DNA of 64,000 nucleotides from Gammaproteobacteria bacterium (GTDB taxonomy: Bacteria > Pseudomonadota > Gammaproteobacteria > Arenicellales > Poriferihabitantaceae), in the NCBI GenBank assembly GCA_009842505.1, contig VYFG01000040.1, positions 19,380 through 83,379 of the forward strand. The letters run 5' to 3'. A program made the position numbers and the translations under genes. Shown piece by piece: positions 49,440-59,056 of the stretch. The stretch's first letter is position 1, and each line of letters starts with the position of its first letter. The notes beneath the pieces were generated by a model. That model made no database searches. It saw only the letters and a program-made list of their open reading frames with translations, and was not told where the DNA came from.

Positions 49440-50025
49440 CTCGCTTCATATCCCGCTGTTTCCCCTCGGGACAGTACTGTTTTCCGGAGGCGTCCTGCCG
49501 CTCAGGATTTTTGAACCCCGCTACCTGTCCATGATCGGCAACTGCATGCGCGACGACGCCGGCTTCGGAGTGGTACTGATCACGGAGGGCAGGGAGGCCG
49601 GCACGGCGGCCAGGTTTCACCATGTCGGGACCCTGGCGCGTATTGAGGATTTTGACAGGCTCGAGGACGGGCACCTCGGCATCACCTGCCGCGGGGAGCG
49701 CCGGTTCCGTGTCATTGAACACGCGATCCAGGAGGACCATCTCATCACTGCGGATGTGGAATTCCTTGCCGAACAGGTGGCGCCACCGCTGCCGGACAGT
49801 TATCCCGAGATGAAGCGGTTCCTGCAGGGCCTTTATCGGCGCGAGGAACTCAAGGTCTGGGCCGATTCCATCATCCCCGACTGGGAAAACGGCCATTGGC
49901 TGGCCTGTCGCCTGATCGAGGTGCTGCCGCTGGCCGCAGAGGGGAGACAGGCCTTCCTCGAAATGGAGGCTGGGGAAAGGTTGGTGAATCTTGCACGGGT
50001 GATGGATGAGAACGGCCTGATATAG
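49426..50025 (+). CDS. stand-alone LON substrate-binding (Lon N-terminal, PUA-like) domain protein
   Basis: ...IPLFPLGTVLFSGGVLPLRIFEPRYLSMI... is the hallmark start of the Lon N-domain. There is no AAA+ or protease domain. It overlaps the upstream methyltransferase gene by 14 nt. Confidence 0.75.
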   Translation: MRLADSLHIPLFPLGTVLFSGGVLPLRIFEPRYLSMIGNCMRDDAGFGVVLITEGREAGTAARFHHVGTLARIEDFDRLEDGHLGITCRGERRFRVIEHAIQEDHLITADVEFLAEQVAPPLPDSYPEMKRFLQGLYRREELKVWADSIIPDWENGHWLACRLIEVLPLAAEGRQAFLEMEAGERLVNLARVMDENGLI

Positions 50026-50111
50026 GGGCCGGACGAAGATTGCAGCCCCGGTGATTTGTCGGGAAAATACCAGCCATCCGTTGCAGACCTTTGACCATCT
50101 GAACCGGGGTT

Positions 50112-50888
50112 ATGTGTCAATTATTCGGGATGTCGACCCGTACACCGGTGCGGGTACGTTTCCGCTGGGAACGTTTCGCCAGCCAGGGGGCCGTTGCCGG
50201 AAATCCGGACGGCTGGGGTGTGGCCTATGGGGGCGGTGACGTGCAAGTGATGCGCGAGCCAGTGCCGGCGGTGGACAGCGAACTGGTCAGGTTCCTTGCC
50301 GAACATGGTCCCCTGGCGACCACCGTGGTCTCCCATGTCAGGCGGGCTACGCAGGGCGGGCGGATTCTCAGCAATACCCAGCCCTATGCACGGGTACTGG
50401 GCGGATTCACCCATGTCTTCGCCCACAATGGACATGTCCCGCTGGATGCCATACCGGAAAGTCCCTGGCTGCGCCCGGTGGGTGACACCGATTCGGAGGC
50501 CCTGTTCTGCCTGCTGCTCTCACGGCTCGAGCCGCTGTGGCAACACGGCGTTCCCCCGCTGGAGTCGCGCTGCGAGGTGATCTCGGAATTCGCCGGCGAG
50601 ATGCGCCGGCGGGGTGCGGTCAATTTCCTCTATTTCGACGGTCTGACCATGTTCGCCCATGCCCACCGGCGAACCATCCCGGGTGAGGGGATTTCGACGG
50701 ATCCGGGGCTCTACATGACCTTGCGGTCCGGAAACGGTCCCGCAGGTTCCGGCAGCTGTGTCGGCATGGACTGTAACGGACCGGTGCCGGAGCAGACCCT
50801 GATTGCCACGGTACCCGTCGACAACGGCATCTGGGAACCCATGGAAGAGGGTGCGCTGATACGGCTGGAACAGGGACGCGTAGTGTAA
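50112..50888 (+). CDS. class II (Ntn) glutamine amidotransferase, YafJ-like
   Basis: It has the N-terminal MCQLFG (Cys2 nucleophile), then ...NPDGWGVAY... and ...SHVRRAT.G....NTQPY... Confidence 0.8.
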   Translation: MCQLFGMSTRTPVRVRFRWERFASQGAVAGNPDGWGVAYGGGDVQVMREPVPAVDSELVRFLAEHGPLATTVVSHVRRATQGGRILSNTQPYARVLGGFTHVFAHNGHVPLDAIPESPWLRPVGDTDSEALFCLLLSRLEPLWQHGVPPLESRCEVISEFAGEMRRRGAVNFLYFDGLTMFAHAHRRTIPGEGISTDPGLYMTLRSGNGPAGSGSCVGMDCNGPVPEQTLIATVPVDNGIWEPMEEGALIRLEQGRVV

Positions 50889-50904
50889 GTGCTCCGAGGG
50901 CGTT

Positions 50905-50925
50905 CCGGGCGCCGGGCGCCGGGCG
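50905..50925. repeat. 3 x CCGGGCG tandem heptamer between convergent genes
   Basis: Read directly. It is self-complementary in several registers (GCGCC/GGCGC), so it could act as a bidirectional hairpin. Confidence 0.6.
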
Positions 50926-50935
50926 CACCGTCCAG

Positions 50936-51316
50936 CTATTCCATGCCCATCTCCCCCATGACCTTCTTCGCTGCGCGGAAGCATTCAAGGGACTGCGGTA
51001 CGCCGCAGTAGATGCCGATGACATGGATGATGGCGCGCAGTTCCTCCCTGGTGACGCCGTTGTTGATGGCGCCGCGGCAGTGGAGTTCCCATTCATGCAT
51101 CTTCCCGAGGGCGCCGATCATGGAGAGGTTCATCATGGAGCGGGTCTTGGGATCGATGCAGTCGTCCCCCCAGCCGAACCCCCAGCACCATTCCGTCATC
51201 ATCTCCTGGAACGGGCGGGTGAAGTCATCGGCATTGCCAAGCACCTGTTCCACGTACTCGGCGCCCAGGGTGGCCTTGCGCTGGGCGAGACCGGTTTCAA
51301 AACGTTCTTTGTCCAT
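50936..51316 (-). CDS. carboxymuconolactone decarboxylase (CMD/AhpD-like) family protein
   Basis: 126-aa ORF with ...GLAQRKATLGAEYV...W..GWGD..IDPKTRSMMNLSMI.ALG...EL..H.RGAINNGVTREEL.. as in PcaC-type proteins. Confidence 0.8.
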   Translation of the reverse strand: MDKERFETGLAQRKATLGAEYVEQVLGNADDFTRPFQEMMTEWCWGFGWGDDCIDPKTRSMMNLSMIGALGKMHEWELHCRGAINNGVTREELRAIIHVIGIYCGVPQSLECFRAAKKVMGEMGME

Positions 51317-51397
51317 GGTTCCTGTCAGAGATGTTTTGGTTGAACTTGTACCGGGGCCAATCCGGCGGGAATGGCCGTGCGGCGGCTGATTGTGCGC

Positions 51398-53833
51398 CTA
51401 GTCGCCTGCGCGGGGCAACCGGTTCTGCGGGTCGTAGACCGCGCCGGGGATGATCCGGGCCCTGCGTGGGCTGCCCCGCACAAGGACAGTCAGTTCCGTA
51501 TCCGGTGACGCAATCGCCGGATCGACGTAGGCGAAACCGAGCCATGCGCCGACGGCATAGCCGTAACCCCCGGAAGAGATCTGTCCCACCGGCCCGTCTC
51601 CCTGCCACACGGACTCGGAACCCAGAGGATCCACCAGAATCTCCCCTGGCGCCGGCTCGTCCAGCCGGAGCAGGACGAGCACCCAGCGCGTGGCCGGGGC
51701 CAGTGACGCTGCCGCACCCTGGAATCCGCCGTCCCGGGAAAAGCGGGTGACATCCGCCTCGGCAAGGGTGACCTCGTTGGTGATCTCGTGGCCGGAGCGA
51801 TAGGCCTTTTCCATGCGCATGGCGTTGAGAGCGGCGGAGCCGATATGCACCAGGCCTTCCGCGTCCGGTACCGAAAGCAGGGCATCGTAGACGGGCTGCA
51901 TGTCCGCCATGGGAATGTGCAGCTCCCAGCCGAGTTCGCCGGTATAGGTAACCCGCATGGCGCGGATGTCCTGCACTCCGGCTACGGAAATGTGCCGGGC
52001 TGTCAGCCAGCGGAACGCCGCGTTGTCAAGCGGTGCCTCAGTCACGGCGCCCAGGATTTTCCGCGATGCGGGTCCGGCAAGCATGATGACACCGTACTTC
52101 TCCGACACATTGTCGAACCCGACCGCCTCGCCGGGCCGCACCTGGGTCCGCATCCAGTGGAGCAGGGCGGCTTCCCGCACCGCGGCGTAGACCAGGTAGA
52201 AGTGATCGTGACCCAGACGCACCAGCGTGCCCTCGCCCTCGATCCGGCCATTCTCCAGCACCAGGTAGGTCAACGTGATGCTGCCCACCCTTTGCGGGAT
52301 CCGGTTGCTGGAGATACGGTCGAGGAAACGCTCCGCGTCTTTCCCGGTCACCTCGATTTTGGCGAAGGCGCTGAGATCTGCGATTCCCGCATGGTCGCGC
52401 AGGCCGCGCACCTCACGACCCACGATGTCCCACAGCCCGGTGCGCCGGAAACTGTGGATGTGTTCACGTGGCGTCCCTGCCGGGGCATACCAGTGCGGAC
52501 GCTCCCACCCGTACACGTCCTCGTATACCGCACCCCGGGATTTCAGCGTTTCGTACAGGGTTGATGTCCTGGAGTGGGAGGGGCGGCATGCCGGGCGGTC
52601 CAGGGCGGGGAAAGGGATTTCATGCCTGAGGAGGTAGTCCTCGCTGGCCTTGCGGATATGGTAGTCGCGGTCCATGCGGGCGCCGAATCGCTGGGGGTCG
52701 AAGCTGCGCAAGGAGATATCGGCGGCGCCGTGGATCATCCACTGTGCCAGGTACCGGCCGGCGCCGGGTCCCCATGCGATACCCACCTGGGAACCGCAAC
52801 AGAGCCAGAAATTGGGGACGCCGGACGGCCCGAGCAGCATGTTGCCGTCCGGCGGCTGGGTGATAGCGCCGTGTACCACGCGCCTGATGCCGAGTTCGGC
52901 GAACACGGGCATGCGCTCCATGGCGTTCTGGAGCCAGGGCATGATCCGTTCGTAGTCGGGTTCGAACAGTTCGTTTTCTGACTCCCAGGGGGTTCCGTCG
53001 TCCCAGACGGACGCGGGGTTGGCCTTCTCGTAGATGCCGATCAGGCCAGATTTCTGTTCCATGCGAATGTATCCGGAAACCTGGCGATCGTCCCGTACCA
53101 CCGGCAGTTCTTCCTCGAGGCCGAGGAATTCCGGCACGGTGTCCGTGACCAGGTAGTGGTGCAGCATGTTGGCGATGGGCAGGTCCAGCCCGACCCAGGC
53201 GCCTACCTGGCGGGCATAGGTACCCCCGGCATTGACCACGTGTTCCGCGCGAATGTCCCCCTGTTGGGTATGTACGGCGAATTCCCCGCCCGGTTCCATG
53301 GTAATGCCGGTCACACGGTTCTGCCGCACCACTTCGGCGCCCATCATCCGGGCACCCCTGGCCATGGCGAAGGCGACCCCGGCGGGATCCACGTGACCGT
53401 CCTCGGGGGTGTGCAGTGCTGCCTGGATGCCGTCCAGGTTGTAGAAGGGGTGCAGTTCCCTGATCCGGTCCGGTCCGACGATTTCCATTTCGTGCCCCAG
53501 CCCCTTGCCGACGGAGAGGGTATAGTGCAGCCAGTCCAGCTCGGCGTCCTCATAGGCCACCCGGAGACTGCCACAGCCATGCCAGGTGCAGGATTGGCCC
53601 GTTTCCGCCTCCAGTTTCGGATAGAGCTCAGTGCCGTAGGCGGCCATCTTGGCCAGGCCGTAATGGCTCACGGAGTGGGTGATCTGGCCGGCGGCGTGCC
53701 AGGTTGATCCACTGGTGAGTTCGCCTTTCTCGATCAGCAGGACATCGGTCTCCCCTTCCTTGCAGAGATGGTAGGCGAGGGAGCAGCCCATGACGCCACC
53801 GCCGACAATGACCACACGGGCCTGGGTTTTCAT
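51398..53833 (-). CDS. dimethylglycine/sarcosine dehydrogenase family protein (FAD oxidoreductase fused to a GcvT-like aminomethyltransferase domain)
   Basis: 811-aa ORF. It has the N-terminal VVIVGGGVMGCSLAYHL DAO-type FAD fold and a C-terminal folate-binding GcvT-like region (...YTGELGWELHIP...). Confidence 0.85.
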   Translation of the reverse strand: MKTQARVVIVGGGVMGCSLAYHLCKEGETDVLLIEKGELTSGSTWHAAGQITHSVSHYGLAKMAAYGTELYPKLEAETGQSCTWHGCGSLRVAYEDAELDWLHYTLSVGKGLGHEMEIVGPDRIRELHPFYNLDGIQAALHTPEDGHVDPAGVAFAMARGARMMGAEVVRQNRVTGITMEPGGEFAVHTQQGDIRAEHVVNAGGTYARQVGAWVGLDLPIANMLHHYLVTDTVPEFLGLEEELPVVRDDRQVSGYIRMEQKSGLIGIYEKANPASVWDDGTPWESENELFEPDYERIMPWLQNAMERMPVFAELGIRRVVHGAITQPPDGNMLLGPSGVPNFWLCCGSQVGIAWGPGAGRYLAQWMIHGAADISLRSFDPQRFGARMDRDYHIRKASEDYLLRHEIPFPALDRPACRPSHSRTSTLYETLKSRGAVYEDVYGWERPHWYAPAGTPREHIHSFRRTGLWDIVGREVRGLRDHAGIADLSAFAKIEVTGKDAERFLDRISSNRIPQRVGSITLTYLVLENGRIEGEGTLVRLGHDHFYLVYAAVREAALLHWMRTQVRPGEAVGFDNVSEKYGVIMLAGPASRKILGAVTEAPLDNAAFRWLTARHISVAGVQDIRAMRVTYTGELGWELHIPMADMQPVYDALLSVPDAEGLVHIGSAALNAMRMEKAYRSGHEITNEVTLAEADVTRFSRDGGFQGAAASLAPATRWVLVLLRLDEPAPGEILVDPLGSESVWQGDGPVGQISSGGYGYAVGAWLGFAYVDPAIASPDTELTVLVRGSPRRARIIPGAVYDPQNRLPRAGD

Positions 53834-54024
53834 GTTGCGTTAGAAGGTGTCCGGAAAAAGCGTGACGATACATACGTATCAAACAATAAATCAATAGTTC
53901 AAATGTATTTTTCGGATCCGCGGCTGCGTGCTGTGACCGTTCACATGCCTGCGGGCGCCGCTGAAGTCTCTTGGGTATACTGCACCCTCCATATCCACCC
54001 CTGAATACTTTGAGGACCATCACT

Positions 54025-54465
54025 ATGGAGTTGACAGATACCACGCATGAACTGTTGTCTGCCAAAAAGGCGAAAGGCCTGAGCTTCACGGATCTCGGCG
54101 CCGCCATTGGCCGCGACGAGATCTGGGTAGCGGCCCTGATGTACGGACAGGCCAGCGCACTGCCGGATGAGGCGCAAAAGCTGGTCGCGGCATTGGGACT
54201 GGACGAAACGATTGCATCGGAACTGACCGAACCGCCACTGAAAGGGCTTGGGCCGGTCGTACCCACGGATCCTGTGGTATACCGGTTCTACGAGATCATT
54301 CAGGTCTACGGCATGGCCCTCAAGCAGGTTATCCACGAGAAGTTCGGTGACGGCATCATGAGTGCGGTCGACCTCACCATGCAAATGGACAGGGAAGAGC
54401 ATCCCGAGGGCGTCCGCGTGAATCTCACGATGTCCGGCAAGTTCCTCCCCTACCGGAGATGGTGA
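54025..54465 (+). CDS. cynS: cyanase (cyanate hydratase)
   Basis: I place the start at ATG 54025 (MELTDTTHELL.AKKAKGLSF.DL...). The C-terminal ...YRFYEIIQVYG...K..IHEKFGDGIMSA.D......RV...MSGKFLPY is the conserved cyanase domain. Confidence 0.9.
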   Translation: MELTDTTHELLSAKKAKGLSFTDLGAAIGRDEIWVAALMYGQASALPDEAQKLVAALGLDETIASELTEPPLKGLGPVVPTDPVVYRFYEIIQVYGMALKQVIHEKFGDGIMSAVDLTMQMDREEHPEGVRVNLTMSGKFLPYRRW

Positions 54466-54491
54466 CGGGATAGCCTGCAGGGAACAGCGTA

Positions 54492-54517
54492 GGATTTCCG
54501 CGGAATCCCGGTATTTT
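54492..54517 (+). terminator. candidate intrinsic terminator after cynS
   Basis: GGATTTCCG/CGGAATCC forms an imperfect hairpin (8 bp with one bulge) followed by GGTATTTTG, 27 nt after the cynS stop. Confidence 0.45.
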
Positions 54518-54722
54518 GTACTGGCATCCATGCGGGGTTTCAGGGACGGGGCGCCTCCCGCGAGCCATGCCCAATTCGACAGCAGAAGCCTTTCCCGGTT
54601 TCTCCCTGATCGGGTGCCAATCCGGGGTTTGCCGCGGTCAATCCATTCGATTCCGCATCAAGCGGTGACGTCGCCCTGCGTTTTTTTCACCTGGTGGAGC
54701 GTATCCTTTGCCCCATCCCGGC

Positions 54723-56546
<1,824 letters not shown>

Positions 56547-56561
56547 GGTCCGGCCTCCGGG

Positions 56562-56834
56562 TCAGCCGTATACCATGCGGCGGATCTGCCGCATGCTGAC
56601 CGGACGGGCAGGGAACCTCCGGCCCGGAATCTCCGCCGAAATCCGTGCGAAGATCTCCGGGTTCGGGAGCCCTGCGCCCTGCAGTTCACGATGACGGCGA
56701 CGCACGAATTCCTCCGGACTCTCGCGGAAGTAGTTCAATACCTCCAGTACCAGCAGTTCGACCTCCTCGGCTGCCAGTCCCCGGGTCTCGGAGAGGTGGT
56801 GTGCCAGTTCGTTGTGCTCAGTGACAGGGTTCAT
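56562..56834 (-). CDS. hypothetical 90-aa protein, possible small HTH protein, co-transcribed with glmS
   Basis: The ORF ends 15 nt before glmS. It is acidic and helical, and its C-terminal ...PVSMRQIRRMVYG resembles the end of Fis- or TrpR/YerC-type HTH recognition helices. There is no strong SD. Confidence 0.5.
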   Translation of the reverse strand: MNPVTEHNELAHHLSETRGLAAEEVELLVLEVLNYFRESPEEFVRRRHRELQGAGLPNPEIFARISAEIPGRRFPARPVSMRQIRRMVYG

Positions 56835-56872
56835 GGAAAGCTAATATCGACAAAATGAATTAAAAAGTCCAT

Positions 56873-56898
56873 ATATTTGCCCTTAATCGGGCAAATAT
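56873..56898. promoter_or_regulatory. perfect 10-bp inverted repeat ATATTTGCCC-N6-GGGCAAATAT in the divergent glmS-side/rpiR intergenic region
   Basis: Read directly. It lies 39-64 nt upstream of the small-ORF ATG (minus strand) and 77-102 nt upstream of the rpiR ATG. Confidence 0.5.
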
Positions 56899-56937
56899 TA
56901 CTGCATGGATTCGATTAGACAGGGTTGGTCCGGGTAC

Positions 56938-56951
56938 GGTACATTCGTACT
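56938..56951. promoter_or_regulatory. operator-like motif GGTACATTCGTACT (copy 1), just upstream of rpiR
   Basis: It is 12/14 identical to GATACATTTGTACT at 57883-57896 and sits within a cluster of four GTAC cores (56934-56959). Confidence 0.45.
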
Positions 56952-56974
56952 CCCGTACGCCAGCCGAGATGTGA

Positions 56975-57865
56975 ATGTCCCAGAACCAAGCCGTGCCGGA
57001 TACCCAGGAGGCCGTCCTGGAGCGTCTATTGGCGGACTTTGACCGGTTGCCCACCCAGCTCCAGATCACTGCACGATTCATCATCGACCATCCGCGGGAG
57101 GTGGGGGTCCAGACCATGCGCAGCCTGGCCGGGCAGGCCGGTGTGCATCCCAACAGTTTCGTGCGGCTTGCGCGCCATCTCGGATTTGCCGGGTATGACG
57201 ACATGCGCGAGAGGTTCCGGGATTTCGTCCGCGGCGGCGCCGGCAGCTTCCGCGAGCGGGCCAGATGGCTGCAGTCCATGGCCAGGCAGGGCGGATCCGC
57301 GGCGGTCAGCGGGGAGATCGCCCAGTCCGTGCTGGTCAACATTGAAAACCTGTACCAGGGAGGCCAGCAGAAGGCCATGGAGCGCGCGGTTCGCTGGATG
57401 ACCGGGGCGAAACGGGTCTATGTCGTCGGCGTCGGGTCGAGTTATGCGCTGGCCTACAATTTCTGGTACCTGGCGCGCATGATGTATCCCCATTTCATCC
57501 TGATCCCGCGCCACGGCAGCCTCCCCATGGACGACATCCTGCATGTCGGCCGGCAGGACGTGTTGTTCGCCATGACGTTCCAGCCCTACCGGGCCGAGAT
57601 CATCGAGGTGATGCGGTTCGCCAGGGAGCAGGGCGCCCGTACCATCGGGTTGTCGGACAGCAGGACCTCGCCCGTGTTCCGCGATGCCGGGCTCGGGCTT
57701 TTCGCTCCCACGCATACGCCGCAATTCTTCCACTCGAACAGCGCCACCACCGCGCTGCTCGAAACACTCTGCGCCCTGATGGCCTCGGAGGGCGGGGACC
57801 GGGTCCTGGCGGAGATCGAGACCTTCAATGAATGCCGCTGGCAAAGCGGGGTGTACCTCAGGTAA
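56975..57865 (+). CDS. MurR/RpiR family transcriptional regulator (HTH_6 plus SIS phosphosugar-binding domain)
   Basis: 296-aa ORF. It has the N-terminal ...LPTQLQITARFIIDHPREVGVQTMRSLAGQAGVHPNSFVRLARHLGFAGY... and a C-terminal SIS domain (...RVYVVGVGSSYALA...). Confidence 0.85.
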   Translation: MSQNQAVPDTQEAVLERLLADFDRLPTQLQITARFIIDHPREVGVQTMRSLAGQAGVHPNSFVRLARHLGFAGYDDMRERFRDFVRGGAGSFRERARWLQSMARQGGSAAVSGEIAQSVLVNIENLYQGGQQKAMERAVRWMTGAKRVYVVGVGSSYALAYNFWYLARMMYPHFILIPRHGSLPMDDILHVGRQDVLFAMTFQPYRAEIIEVMRFAREQGARTIGLSDSRTSPVFRDAGLGLFAPTHTPQFFHSNSATTALLETLCALMASEGGDRVLAEIETFNECRWQSGVYLR

Positions 57866-57882
57866 CTGGCGCTTGCGAAAAT

Positions 57883-57920
57883 GATACATTTGTACTAGAT
57901 TTCCTGTTTTGATACATGTA
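57883..57920. promoter_or_regulatory. operator-like motif GATACATTTGTACT (copy 2) plus related half-site GATACATGTA, upstream of the Rieske oxygenase gene
   Basis: Read directly. The motif starts are 28 nt apart (57883 and 57911), and the second contains the 8-bp palindrome TACATGTA. They lie 27-64 nt upstream of ATG 57947. Confidence 0.45.
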
Positions 57921-57946
57921 GCCGATTTCCGGCGCCGGGTTTCGCC

Positions 57947-59056
57947 ATGCCAGCATCCGCACAACCCCCCGTACGGGGATTGCCGGCCGTCTATTTCAAC
58001 GATCCGGCTATCTTTCACAGGGCCAAGGAGGAAGTCTTCTTCCGCACCTGGCAGTACGCCTGCCACGCCAGCCAGCTGCCCGCCCCCGGGGACTATCTGA
58101 CCTTCACCCTGTTCGACCAGGACATCGTGGTGTTGCGAGACCGCGGGGATACGCTGCGTGCGTTCTACAACGTCTGCCAGCATCGGGGGCACCGCCTGCT
58201 GGAGGGCAGTGGCAACCGCCGCCTGCTGGTCTGCCCCTACCATGCCTGGAGTTACGGTCTGGACGGGCGTCTGAAAGGGGCGCCCGGGAGCGACGCGGTC
58301 GACGGATTCGATCCCGGGGAGATCTGTATCCCCTCCATACGGCTGGAGGAATTTCTCGGCTTCGTCTTCGTCAACCTGGATGACGGTGCCTCCTCCATGG
58401 ACCGGTGCTATCCCGGCGTCCGGGAGGCCATCCTGGCATTGTGCCCGGATATCCGGGAGCGCAGTCTGGCCGACGAGCACAGTACCGAGGAGGGTTGCAA
58501 CTGGCTGGTTGCGGTGGAGAACTACAATGAGTGCTATCACTGCAAGGGGGCCCATCCCGACTTCGCCGAGGGCGTCATCGACCCGGCGTCCTACGGCGTT
58601 CTGCCGTTCGGTGACGGCAAGGTGCTGGTGCACAGTTCGCGGCCGGCCCGCGGGGACAGCGCATGGTACGACGTCAGCGGATCGGATTACGGCAGTTTCT
58701 ACCTCTGGCCGGCGACTTCCATCCAGATCTACCCCGGGTGCGTGGTCAACAATTACCACTGGCGCCCGCTGGCGGTGGATGGCACCCGGGTATGCCGGAG
58801 CTGGTTTTCCCGCGACGGACAGGTTGACGACGTCCTCCGCCAGGTCATCGAACTTGACCGGAACACCACGTTCGCCGAGGATCTCGTTCTGCTCAGGAAC
58901 GTCCAGCGCGGCATCCGGTCCCGGGGCTACCGGCCGGGGCCCCTGATCATCAGTCCCGACGGAGGAATCGACAATGAACTGTCCATTGCCTGCCTGCATC
59001 GATGGCTGCGCGAAGCGGTGGACGGAAATTCCAGTCCAACCCGAGCCCCGACATGA
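57947..59056 (+). CDS. Rieske [2Fe-2S] aromatic-ring-hydroxylating-type oxygenase alpha subunit (GbcA/choline-monooxygenase-like subgroup)
   Basis: It has the Rieske motif CQHRGHRL...(17)...CPYHAWSY and the mononuclear-iron region ENYNECYHCKGAHP. Confidence 0.85.
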   Translation: MPASAQPPVRGLPAVYFNDPAIFHRAKEEVFFRTWQYACHASQLPAPGDYLTFTLFDQDIVVLRDRGDTLRAFYNVCQHRGHRLLEGSGNRRLLVCPYHAWSYGLDGRLKGAPGSDAVDGFDPGEICIPSIRLEEFLGFVFVNLDDGASSMDRCYPGVREAILALCPDIRERSLADEHSTEEGCNWLVAVENYNECYHCKGAHPDFAEGVIDPASYGVLPFGDGKVLVHSSRPARGDSAWYDVSGSDYGSFYLWPATSIQIYPGCVVNNYHWRPLAVDGTRVCRSWFSRDGQVDDVLRQVIELDRNTTFAEDLVLLRNVQRGIRSRGYRPGPLIISPDGGIDNELSIACLHRWLREAVDGNSSPTRAPT

